From Cardiobacteriales bacterium (GTDB taxonomy: Bacteria > Pseudomonadota > Gammaproteobacteria > Cardiobacteriales > Ostreibacteriaceae): a stretch of 64,000 nucleotides of DNA. Below the pieces are notes generated by a model. That model did not search any database and was not told the DNA's origin. It saw nothing but the letters and a program-made list of their open reading frames with translations. Position numbers and translations under genes: made by a program. The DNA lies in the NCBI GenBank assembly GCA_965215775.1, contig CBDCEG010000027.1:101860-165859 (forward strand). The letters run 5' to 3'. This document shows, one piece after another, positions 29,585 to 38,449 of the stretch (position 1 is the first letter of the stretch; every line of letters starts with the position of its first letter).

Positions 29585-30961
29585 TTAGCTAATAGTTGTT
29601 ATAAGATCTAAGATTTTACTTTTATAAAATAAAGCGGTTTTTTCATCAATTGCTTCAAATCTAGTAACAATATTTGGACTAGTATTACTTGCACGAACCA
29701 AGCCCCAACCATTTTCAAAATTAACACGAACTCCATCAATATCAATAATATCTTTTATAGTTGGGAAATCTTTAGGTGGATTTTGTAGTTTTTGTTTTAC
29801 TCTTTCAACTATTTCAAACTTTATATTATCAGCTGTTTTTATATTTTCTTCATTTGTTGCAAATGTTTGCGGTAGTTCTTCAAAGTTTTTATTAAAGTCA
29901 AAATCATTATGAACAAGTTCTAAAACTCGTAAAGTTGAATAAATAGCATCATCAAAACCAAAATATCTATCATTAAAAAACATATGTCCACTAACTTCTG
30001 TTGCAAGTGATGCGTTTGTTTCTTTGATTTTTACTTTCAAATTACTATGTCCTGTTTTATGCATAATTGCAGTTCCATAAGTGTTAATTATGTCATACAT
30101 ATTTTGACTACATTTTACTTCGCCAATTACAATTGGGTTTTCAATAAATTTGGATAAAAATATTGCTAAAATATCTCCCTTAAAAATATATTTATTAGAT
30201 AAAACTCCAATTCTATCGGCATCACCATCATAAGCAAAACCAAGTGCGTAGTCATTACTTTGCAACTCTTTTTTAATATCAACTAAGTTTGCCTCAACAC
30301 CTGGATCTGGATGATGATTTGGAAAAGTTCCATCAGGTTGCTCAAACATAATTTTAGAATTAATATTTAAACCTTCCAAAATATCTCTTAAAACTATTCC
30401 TGCAACACCATTTCCACAATCAAAAACAAACTTTTCACCTTTTAAATTAAGATGTTTGAAATTTTCAATCATATAATTAATATATTGTTGCTTTCCATTT
30501 ACTGGAATAACTTTATTATTATCAACTATTTCACTAGCATTTATATTTGAATTTATAATTTGCTCACCAAGTGCATAAATATCTTTACCAAAGAATGGTT
30601 CTTTATTAATAGTTAGCTTAAATCCATTATATTCTGGTGGGTTATGTGATCCAGTTATCATAATTGAAGCTGATGAAGATTTACCATCAAACTCAATAAA
30701 ATTAGAAAAATAGTTAGTTGGAGTTGGAACAATTCCTAAAAATAAAACTTCCATTCCACCACTATTAATTCCACTAACCAACCAATCACAAAGCAATGGA
30801 GAATGGCTTCTTGCATCATAACCGATAGAAATATACTTAGCTAAAGGAGTTGTTTCTTTGACTTTTTTGGCAAAAAAGTAACCAATTTTTTTAACAGTTT
30901 CTTGATTTAATTCTTTCTCAAAAATCCCACGAATATCATATTCTCTAAATATATTTATCAT
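29585..30961 (-). CDS. Phosphomannomutase/phosphoglucomutase
   Basis: 458 aa with the active-site block ITGSHNPPEYNGFK and the Mg loop YDGDADR. Confidence 0.9.
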   Translation of the reverse strand: MINIFREYDIRGIFEKELNQETVKKIGYFFAKKVKETTPLAKYISIGYDARSHSPLLCDWLVSGINSGGMEVLFLGIVPTPTNYFSNFIEFDGKSSSASIMITGSHNPPEYNGFKLTINKEPFFGKDIYALGEQIINSNINASEIVDNNKVIPVNGKQQYINYMIENFKHLNLKGEKFVFDCGNGVAGIVLRDILEGLNINSKIMFEQPDGTFPNHHPDPGVEANLVDIKKELQSNDYALGFAYDGDADRIGVLSNKYIFKGDILAIFLSKFIENPIVIGEVKCSQNMYDIINTYGTAIMHKTGHSNLKVKIKETNASLATEVSGHMFFNDRYFGFDDAIYSTLRVLELVHNDFDFNKNFEELPQTFATNEENIKTADNIKFEIVERVKQKLQNPPKDFPTIKDIIDIDGVRVNFENGWGLVRASNTSPNIVTRFEAIDEKTALFYKSKILDLITTIS

Positions 30962-31053
30962 AATATCTTCCTTTTAAGTTATTTGTTTGTTGTGAATTTA
31001 TAATCATATGTTTTTTAGCTATATGATTATATTTGTTTTTTATCTGTTTTTTA

Positions 31054-31842
31054 TCAAATTATGCAAGTTTGTAATTCAAAATTAACATCAGTTGTAATTT
31101 GTGAAATACCTTTTTCAAAAGTTGATCTTTCAATAAATCTAATTGAAAACCTATGTTTTCCACCGCTTATTTGTGGATAAGCGTTTTGAATACCATTTAC
31201 TTTTACTCTCAAAAGTTGATACGGTGTAATTTCTCTAGCTGTTGTTTTTAAAAACATTCCAGATTTTGCACATTCGGCGGTTGGTTTGGAGCTTTCTCTG
31301 ATAATTTTCAAAATAAAAGCAATTGAATCTCTAAAAGCACGAAAAGGCTCCATCCAGTTATTTATTTGGTATTGTTTATCATCATTAGATTGAAGTAACC
31401 AAAATTGAAGCTCTGGAATTTCAAAGAAATATGTTCCTGTATCATGAATATTTCTTAGTTTTATAGTATTTAATAGTTCATCGTTTTGCACTGCAAGAAT
31501 TTTTGAACTATCTAAATTATGTAACCCACTAATACAGCTATTAATTTCAATTAAAAGTTCTTTGATTTTATTTTTATCAGCACCTTCGTGTTGTTGGGCT
31601 GAATTCAGCATATTTTGCATTCTGATAAGTTCTTTTAGAATTTCAGATCTAAGTTCGTATCGTTTACTAATATTCATCAATGCAAACAAAGAGTTAAAGC
31701 ACATTTGAGCCTCATAAATATCAGCAACAGTTTTGAAATGAGTTGCTTGGTTATAAATAAGTTCTAAACGCAAAAAAAGTCTAACTCGTTCATTAAGTGG
31801 ATGCTCGTAAATATCAGTTACTTGTGTATTTGTTTTAGTCAT
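31054..31842 (-). CDS. zapD: Cell division protein ZapD
   Basis: 262 aa starting YEHPLNERVRLFLRLE, with ZapD length. Confidence 0.85.
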   Translation of the reverse strand: MTKTNTQVTDIYEHPLNERVRLFLRLELIYNQATHFKTVADIYEAQMCFNSLFALMNISKRYELRSEILKELIRMQNMLNSAQQHEGADKNKIKELLIEINSCISGLHNLDSSKILAVQNDELLNTIKLRNIHDTGTYFFEIPELQFWLLQSNDDKQYQINNWMEPFRAFRDSIAFILKIIRESSKPTAECAKSGMFLKTTAREITPYQLLRVKVNGIQNAYPQISGGKHRFSIRFIERSTFEKGISQITTDVNFELQTCII

Positions 31843-31875
31843 AAATTAATTACCAATTTTGTTTTAGTTATTACA

Positions 31876-33390
31876 TTATTTTTTTGAGGTTACGATAACA
31901 GAAATCTCACCATCTTTAAGCCATATTTTCAAATTTTGTTTATTTTCCACCTGTGTAACTGAAGATATTATACTTTTATTTTCATCAAAAGTTAAACTAT
32001 AACCTCTATCCAAAATACCCAAAGGAGAAAGTAGTTTTAACCTTGCAGCTAAACCTTTTTGGTAGTTCTTTTTATTTTCTAATAAGTTATTTATTTGTTT
32101 TATTAAACTTTGAGATTTTTTATTAACATTTTGATTTTTCTCAATTAAGATTTTTTTAGGGTGTTGAACTTTTAGTCTGTTATTTAAATTTAAAAGTTGG
32201 TTGCGTTTTAATTTGTAAATCTCACGCATAGAATTTAAAAGTTGTAATTTTTTGCTGTTTAACTTTTGATTTTGTTCAATAAAAACTCTTTTAGGGTGCT
32301 GAAGTTTTAATCTTTTGTTTAAACTTATCAAATCAACTTTACAAGAGTTAGTATATCCTTTTATTAATTTAATTAGCTTTATTTTAGATTCATCAAGTTT
32401 CTGATTTTGTTCTAATAATAATCTATTTGGGTGTTGAACTTTTATTCTATTATTCAGGTTTAAAAGTTGGCTGCGTTTTAATTTGTAAGTTTCACGCATA
32501 GAACTTAGAAGCTGTGATTTTTTGTTATTTAAACTTTGTTGTAAATCTTTTATATTTGGGCTGGCAGCAACTGCCGCTGCAGTTGGCGTTTCTGCTCGGT
32601 AATCTGAAACAAAGTCCACAATAGTAAAATCAGTCTCATGCCCAACACCTGTGATAACTGGAATTTTGGAATTAAAGACTTCAAAAGCAAGTTCTTCATT
32701 ATTAAAAGCTTGTAAATCTTCAAGTGAACCACCACCACGAACTAATAAAATAACATCTGAATTGTCGTTAGAATTTATCTTTTTTAGAGCTTTTATAATA
32801 TTTTGTGTCGCCTTTTCTCCTTGAACTAAACTAGGATAAACAACCACTGGGATAAAAGGTGCGCGTCTTTTTAGAGTGCTGATTACATCAGCGATTGCTG
32901 CCCCTGTTGCTGAAGTTATAATTGCAATTTGTTTTGCCCAAGTTGGGATAGTTTTTTTAGTTTTGACCCCAGTCATACCAAGTTTTTCTAACTTTAACTT
33001 TAGCTCTGCAAATTCTTTGGCTAATTTCCCAAAACCAGCTTCCTCAATATCAGAAACTATTAATTGATAAGTTCCTCTTGGCTTATAAACACTTATATTT
33101 GCTTTTACAATAATTTTATCGCCATTTTTTAGGTTTTGTAATATTGAAGAGTTTATACGGTTTGCAGAGCCTTTAAATAAAGCACAACTAACTGAGCTAT
33201 TATTATCCTTTAAGGAAAAATATCTATGCCCTGAGCCAACTAAAGAGTAATTAGAAATTTCCCCTTCTATCCATATTTGTGCTGGAAAACCTGAGTCCAA
33301 AATATCTGAAATTATTGAATTTAGTTCAGATACTGAAAAAGATTTGTCTGAAAACTTAGGGTTTTCTGTTAATTGTAAGTTATTTTTCAT
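31876..33390 (-). CDS. xseA: Exodeoxyribonuclease VII large subunit (with an extra internal coiled-coil repeat)
   Basis: 504 aa with an OB-fold N terminus, the catalytic region (RGGGSLEDL, GHETDFT) and a repeated RLKVQHP segment. Confidence 0.9.
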   Translation of the reverse strand: MKNNLQLTENPKFSDKSFSVSELNSIISDILDSGFPAQIWIEGEISNYSLVGSGHRYFSLKDNNSSVSCALFKGSANRINSSILQNLKNGDKIIVKANISVYKPRGTYQLIVSDIEEAGFGKLAKEFAELKLKLEKLGMTGVKTKKTIPTWAKQIAIITSATGAAIADVISTLKRRAPFIPVVVYPSLVQGEKATQNIIKALKKINSNDNSDVILLVRGGGSLEDLQAFNNEELAFEVFNSKIPVITGVGHETDFTIVDFVSDYRAETPTAAAVAASPNIKDLQQSLNNKKSQLLSSMRETYKLKRSQLLNLNNRIKVQHPNRLLLEQNQKLDESKIKLIKLIKGYTNSCKVDLISLNKRLKLQHPKRVFIEQNQKLNSKKLQLLNSMREIYKLKRNQLLNLNNRLKVQHPKKILIEKNQNVNKKSQSLIKQINNLLENKKNYQKGLAARLKLLSPLGILDRGYSLTFDENKSIISSVTQVENKQNLKIWLKDGEISVIVTSKK

Positions 33391-33568
33391 ATTGGTAAAA
33401 TTATAACATAACTTTATTAGCTAATTATGTAGTTAATTTGTTAGTTTGTTTTCAAGTTTATTTGTAAGTTAATTTTGCAGGAAGCAAAACTATAATTAGA
33501 GTTATAAATTGCTTATAAATTAAGTATAATCATAAAAATACATAAACCTTTTATAGTGAGAAAATAAA

Positions 33569-34492
33569 ATGCAAAATCAAAAATTAATTAAAATCGCGAC
33601 AAGAAACAGCCCTTTAGCAATGTGGCAAGCTGAGTTTGTAGCAGATAAACTCAAAAAAAATATTGAAGGTTTAGAAGTCCAAATTATTGGTATGACTACA
33701 AAAGGTGATCAAATGCTAGATAGCCCACTTGCAAAAATAGGTGGCAAAGGTCTCTTTGTAAAAGAATTAGAAGCATCTATGCTAAATAATGAAACTGATA
33801 TAGCTGTTCATTCAATGAAAGATGTTGGTGTTTCTTTGCCAGATGGACTAGCAATTAAAGCCATTTTAAAACGCGATAATCCTTTTGATGCGTTTGTAAG
33901 TAACAAATACCAAAACTTGGCAGAAATGCCAGACTCATCAGTGGTTGGAACTTGTAGTTTGCGAAGAGTTTGCCAATTAAAAAACATTTACCCAAATTTA
34001 GTTTTTAAAGATTTACGCGGAAATGTAAACACAAGGCTGAAAAAATTAGATGATGGAGAATATGATGCAATTATCCTTGCTGCCGCTGGTTTAGAACGAC
34101 TAGGAATGAATGAAAGAATTACTTCTGTTATTTCTAGTGAAATTTGTCTTCCAGCAATAACTCAAGGCAGTATGGGAATTGAGTGTCGTAAAGAAGATTT
34201 AGAGATTATTGAAATTCTTCAAACAATTGCAGATGATGAAAATACAATCAGAGCAACAGCTGAAAGAGCAGTTAATGAAAGGCTTAATGGAAGTTGCCAA
34301 ACACCAATCGCTGCTTATTGCACGATTGATGGGGAAAATATTCACTTAAGAGCAATAATTGGAGAACCAGATGGTTCAATTATGCTAAATGCAGAAGTTA
34401 CAGGACTTGCAATTGATGCACGAGGACTTGGTTTGCAAGCGGCTGACTACTTGATAGAGCAGGGTGCTTTGGATATTCTTGCCAAAATATAA
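33569..34492 (+). CDS. hemC: Hydroxymethylbilane synthase
   Basis: 307 aa with IATRNSPLAMWQAE and RGNVNTRL. Confidence 0.95.
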   Translation: MQNQKLIKIATRNSPLAMWQAEFVADKLKKNIEGLEVQIIGMTTKGDQMLDSPLAKIGGKGLFVKELEASMLNNETDIAVHSMKDVGVSLPDGLAIKAILKRDNPFDAFVSNKYQNLAEMPDSSVVGTCSLRRVCQLKNIYPNLVFKDLRGNVNTRLKKLDDGEYDAIILAAAGLERLGMNERITSVISSEICLPAITQGSMGIECRKEDLEIIEILQTIADDENTIRATAERAVNERLNGSCQTPIAAYCTIDGENIHLRAIIGEPDGSIMLNAEVTGLAIDARGLGLQAADYLIEQGALDILAKI

Positions 34493-34545
34493 TCAATAAA
34501 ACTAACTAAACTAAATTAATTAAACAATATAAATAACAAATAATT

Positions 34546-35388
34546 ATGCGATATTTCTTACACTTTTTACTACCAAAAAAACTCCTTAGTGCTTTAATGT
34601 ATAAGCTTTCAAGAATTGAAAATAAAACATTTAAAAACATAGCTATAAAAGCTTTTATGAAAATAACTGGAGCAAATTTAGATGACTCACAAAGAGAAAC
34701 AGTTGAAGAATATAAAAGTTTATTAGATTTTTTCACAAGAGAACTTGAAGATAATGCAAGACAAATTACAGGCGAAAATATAATAGCCTCGCCAGTTGAC
34801 GGTAGAATTGCACATTTTGGAGATATTGAAGGAAATCAAATATTTCAAATAAAAGGACATAGTTACTCAGTTGATAAATTAATAACTGAAAATTTGGCTC
34901 AAAAATACCAAAATGGACAAGCTATAACAATTTATTTAGCACCTTATGATTATCATAGAATACATATGCCAGCTGATGGTAAGCTAATAAATGCAACTTA
35001 TATACCTGGTGAATTAAATAGTGTTTCTATAGCTTTGCTAGATAGAATTAGTGGATTATTTGCTAGAAATGAAAGGCTGGTTTTAGAGTTTGAAGGTGTT
35101 GATAATAATGAGTTTATTATGGTTTTAGTTGGTGCTGTTAATGTTGGTTCAATAGAAACAGTTGTTCATGGGGAAATTTCTCCTAATAATTATAAAGAAC
35201 AATTTTCACTGCCAACAAACTCAGAAGAGTTTAAAAAAGGAGATGAAATTGGTAGGTTTAACTTAGGCTCAACCGTTATTTTGATTAGTAAAAAAGGAAC
35301 TTATAACTGGAATAATTTAGAGTTTAAACAAAAACTAGAAATGGGTGAAGCAATTACCCAAAAATCATCAAAAACTAATAACCAATAA
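34546..35388 (+). CDS. psd: Phosphatidylserine decarboxylase proenzyme
   Basis: 280 aa with the LGST self-cleavage site (FNLGSTVIL). Confidence 0.9.
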   Translation: MRYFLHFLLPKKLLSALMYKLSRIENKTFKNIAIKAFMKITGANLDDSQRETVEEYKSLLDFFTRELEDNARQITGENIIASPVDGRIAHFGDIEGNQIFQIKGHSYSVDKLITENLAQKYQNGQAITIYLAPYDYHRIHMPADGKLINATYIPGELNSVSIALLDRISGLFARNERLVLEFEGVDNNEFIMVLVGAVNVGSIETVVHGEISPNNYKEQFSLPTNSEEFKKGDEIGRFNLGSTVILISKKGTYNWNNLEFKQKLEMGEAITQKSSKTNNQ

Positions 35389-35402
35389 AGCAAATATCAA
35401 AT

Positions 35403-35852
35403 ATGAAAAAAAATAAAGTAATTATTTATACAGATGGAGCTTGCAAAGGTAACCCTGGAGTAGGTGGCTGGGGTGCTCTTTTGGCTTATAATGAAACTCA
35501 AAAAAGTATTTGTGGTGGAGAAAAAGATACCACAAATAATAGAATGGAATTAATGGCAGCAATAAAAGCTTTGGAATTGTTGAAAAGACCTTGTGATATT
35601 GAGCTTTGGACAGATTCTAATTATGTAAAAAATGGAATTACAAAGTGGATAACGGCTTGGAAAAAAAATAATTGGAAAAATTCAAGTAAAAAAGATGTTG
35701 CAAATAAAGATCTTTGGCAACAATTAGAGCAAGCAACCTTATTACACACAGTTAGCTGGAATTGGGTAAAAGGACATTCTGGACACCTAGGAAATGAAAT
35801 CGCCGATACCCTTGCCAACGAAGGTGTTGAAAAGGTTTTGAATGGTTTGTGA
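35403..35852 (+). CDS. rnhA: Ribonuclease HI
   Basis: 149 aa with [18 protein letters not shown] and TDSNYV. Confidence 0.95.
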   Translation: MKKNKVIIYTDGACKGNPGVGGWGALLAYNETQKSICGGEKDTTNNRMELMAAIKALELLKRPCDIELWTDSNYVKNGITKWITAWKKNNWKNSSKKDVANKDLWQQLEQATLLHTVSWNWVKGHSGHLGNEIADTLANEGVEKVLNGL

Positions 35853-35860
35853 AATTTTAA

Positions 35861-36454
35861 TTATTTTTTTATTAAAATTGTAGAAGAAGCTTTTTTCCCT
35901 AAATTATGTTTTAAGACTAGCCTAGACTCTTCTATATTTTTTTTCCAAATATTATATTTATCTTTTTTAAATTTTTCATTTATAACTGTATAAGATAGTG
36001 TATATGTTCCATCACTACCTTGCATATACTTACTAATTTCTTTCTGTCCTTTAAATTTCCCACAACCATTGTGTTCCCAAAATATAGTTATATTTTTTTT
36101 GGAAGTTCTACTTGTTTTAAGTTTAATATTAGGACATTTACTTATAACATTTATGAATTCAGTTGATAAAACATTAAAGTCTGTATTAAAGTAAGTTGCA
36201 GAAGTTAGTAGTTCACTCCAATTATTTATATTATCTTTACCGACTGTCATCTCTGTAAGGAAAAAAAGATCATGTCCAGCTTGATATTTTGGTGTCCAAT
36301 TTCTACCATCAAATTTGTGTTCTATAAAGTCAGCAGGTGCTTTTGAATAACCACCAATTATTGAGTAGTTAGAGCCAGTTGATAGACAAGCAGACAAAAC
36401 CAATGTAGATATTAATAAGCAACTTAAATTTAGTTTTTCTTTAATTTTTTTCAT
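35861..36454 (-). CDS. Lipoprotein of unknown function
   Basis: 197 aa with a signal peptide and lipobox (LVLSAC). Its signal-peptide DNA (36402-36434) is identical to 46395-46427. Confidence 0.6.
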   Translation of the reverse strand: MKKIKEKLNLSCLLISTLVLSACLSTGSNYSIIGGYSKAPADFIEHKFDGRNWTPKYQAGHDLFFLTEMTVGKDNINNWSELLTSATYFNTDFNVLSTEFINVISKCPNIKLKTSRTSKKNITIFWEHNGCGKFKGQKEISKYMQGSDGTYTLSYTVINEKFKKDKYNIWKKNIEESRLVLKHNLGKKASSTILIKK

Positions 36455-36569
36455 TATTTTAGTAAGGTTTATGTTTGGGGGTTATAAGGCATATTGTCTT
36501 CGGTGATTTCTTGCAAATTAACTTTATCGGATAAATCAGCTCTATTTAATCATCGTATGTATTCAAAGC

Positions 36570-37100
36570 CTAAAGTATTTCAGACTTAGGTAAAAGCATT
36601 GTGTTTGAAATATATTTTTTTCCAAAACGATAAAGAGGAACAATTCTAATGGCACATTTAAAGCTACTCATATCTTTACTTAATGCATTTATTTTTTTTA
36701 AATATTCATTTTTGGATACAGTACTATAACTATTATTACTTGAATTTCTCTCATAAAAATATATTTCGGTATAATAAAGGCTATCTTTTTTATATCTAGA
36801 GCTTAGCTTTAGAGAGCTTGAATTTATTTTCATTGGGTATAAACCATAGCTATAGAAATCTTTATCTTCAACTTTATTTTTTTTAAAAAAGCAATCTAAT
36901 GCAGTAATAGTTTTTTTCTTATTGAAATTTTCTTCTAAATTAATATCCGAGGAAAAATACAAATAATATGAATATATATTTTTATATTTCAGAGATTTTT
37001 TTTTATTGATTTTAATGAACTTCAGATTAGCCTTGGGAATATAACTCCCAGCGCATGATAGTAATGTTAAAATTAATATAGTTATTAATATTTTTTTCAT
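36570..37100 (-). CDS. Lipoprotein of unknown function, paralog of 37195-37779
   Basis: 176 aa with lipobox LLSC. The C terminus YISNTMLLPKSEIL is shared with its neighbour. A TAG replaces the neighbour's AAG codon, so this copy ends about 8 codons early. Confidence 0.6.
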   Translation of the reverse strand: MKKILITILILTLLSCAGSYIPKANLKFIKINKKKSLKYKNIYSYYLYFSSDINLEENFNKKKTITALDCFFKKNKVEDKDFYSYGLYPMKINSSSLKLSSRYKKDSLYYTEIYFYERNSSNNSYSTVSKNEYLKKINALSKDMSSFKCAIRIVPLYRFGKKYISNTMLLPKSEIL

Positions 37101-37194
37101 TTTATTTTCCTAAGTAGTTTTTAATAGAATTAAGTAATATATCAGAAGCAGATAATAGGACTACAAAATCATCTATCATAGCTTCTCACTCACC

Positions 37195-37779
37195 TTAATT
37201 ATCAAATGGTTTCAAAGCCTTAAGTATTTCAGATTTAGGTAAAAGCATTGTGTTTGAAATATACAAATCTTTTTTAATTGGACTAATTGTAGGCCATGCA
37301 ATAACTACACATCTTAAGTTAGATGGTGGTTGTTTAAGCTGACTTATAACTTCTAGCATTTTATTATCTTCAACCATATCAGCATGATATGGTCTAGATC
37401 CAGTTCCATCTATAGACTTTAAAAAAAAAGCTGTATAATTATAGGAATATTGTAAGTCAGATTTAGGATTGTATTTAGGGTTAATAACACTGGATCTTAA
37501 TAAATATCCATTGTATGTAATTAAGTCTTTTTCTGCAATATCATTATCTATAAATAAGCATATAAACTCCTTTTGACTATAAGAAATAAACCCTTGATGT
37601 GAACTAATTGCCTTTCCAATATTGTGGCTAGATGAAAAACTAATCTTAAATAAATTATTAATATCTTTTTCTGCTAATTTTAATTTATCAAACTTTAAAG
37701 TTGCAATTGGGATATTATGGCGGCTAGAGCAAGATGTTAAAGATAGTAATAATATAATTTGTAATAATGTTTTTTTCAT
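37195..37779 (-). CDS. Lipoprotein of unknown function, paralog of 36570-37100
   Basis: 194 aa with lipobox LTSC. The shared 3' DNA block is nearly identical (~50 bp) although the gene bodies have diverged. Confidence 0.6.
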   Translation of the reverse strand: MKKTLLQIILLLSLTSCSSRHNIPIATLKFDKLKLAEKDINNLFKISFSSSHNIGKAISSHQGFISYSQKEFICLFIDNDIAEKDLITYNGYLLRSSVINPKYNPKSDLQYSYNYTAFFLKSIDGTGSRPYHADMVEDNKMLEVISQLKQPPSNLRCVVIAWPTISPIKKDLYISNTMLLPKSEILKALKPFDN

Positions 37780-37951
37780 TTTATTTTCCTAAGGCTTATA
37801 TTTGAGTTTAATTGTTTGTTTTGCTTCACAATTATGCGTGTAATAAATTGAGGTATCTTTATCTTTATTAATTGGTAAAAAGTTTTCTAAATTTACATAG
37901 TCTTTTTCTCCCAAATATTTTTTGCTAGCTTCGTCTTTAACTACCAAAATT

Positions 37952-38449
37952 CTAATGTCTTTTATTTTTATACTCTTCCACTGTTTCCGTTAAACCATGA
38001 AAAGATAACCCCTCTAACCAATTTATACCTATATCATAAGAGTATAAATATTCCATTCTCTCTTCCATATCATACTTTAAAATCCATGCTATCCAAAATT
38101 TCAAATACGATTCTCCTATTCCTTCTCTAAAACACATTTGAACATCTAATATTCCAGGGAAGCATACCCAAGGAGGGTAAAATTTCATTTGATTATTATA
38201 CTCTTTTAGTTTTTTCCATTTTCTATAGGAGCTAAAGTAAACTTGCATATAAATTGTATGTTTTTCAACCACTACATTAAAATTTTTCTCAATATCTACT
38301 GATTCCATAAAATATAAAGCTTCTGATAAGAATATGAATTTAACTTGCTTTTTTTGTATCATTTCTTTTTTGAATTTTTCTCGTTCTTTTTTAAAACCTA
38401 AAAAATGTTTTATTGTTTTTAACATTTTAATAACCTTTTTAATTTTCAT
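37952..38449 (-). CDS. Candidate immunity protein for the upstream PAAR toxin (cytosolic, unknown family)
   Basis: 165-aa ORF with no signal peptide or TM helix. It overlaps the toxin stop by 11 nt. The call rests on context only. Confidence 0.45.
   Translation of the reverse strand: MKIKKVIKMLKTIKHFLGFKKEREKFKKEMIQKKQVKFIFLSEALYFMESVDIEKNFNVVVEKHTIYMQVYFSSYRKWKKLKEYNNQMKFYPPWVCFPGILDVQMCFREGIGESYLKFWIAWILKYDMEERMEYLYSYDIGINWLEGLSFHGLTETVEEYKNKRH

Noticed and set aside
37789-37947. 52-codon open frame between the candidate immunity gene and the lipoprotein gene (..LVVKDEASKKYLGEKDYVNLENFLPINKDKDTSIYYTHNCEAKQTIKLKYKP)
   Set aside because: It has no ATG, only a TTG with no convincing SD. It could be a small gene or a remnant, but the evidence is too weak to annotate.
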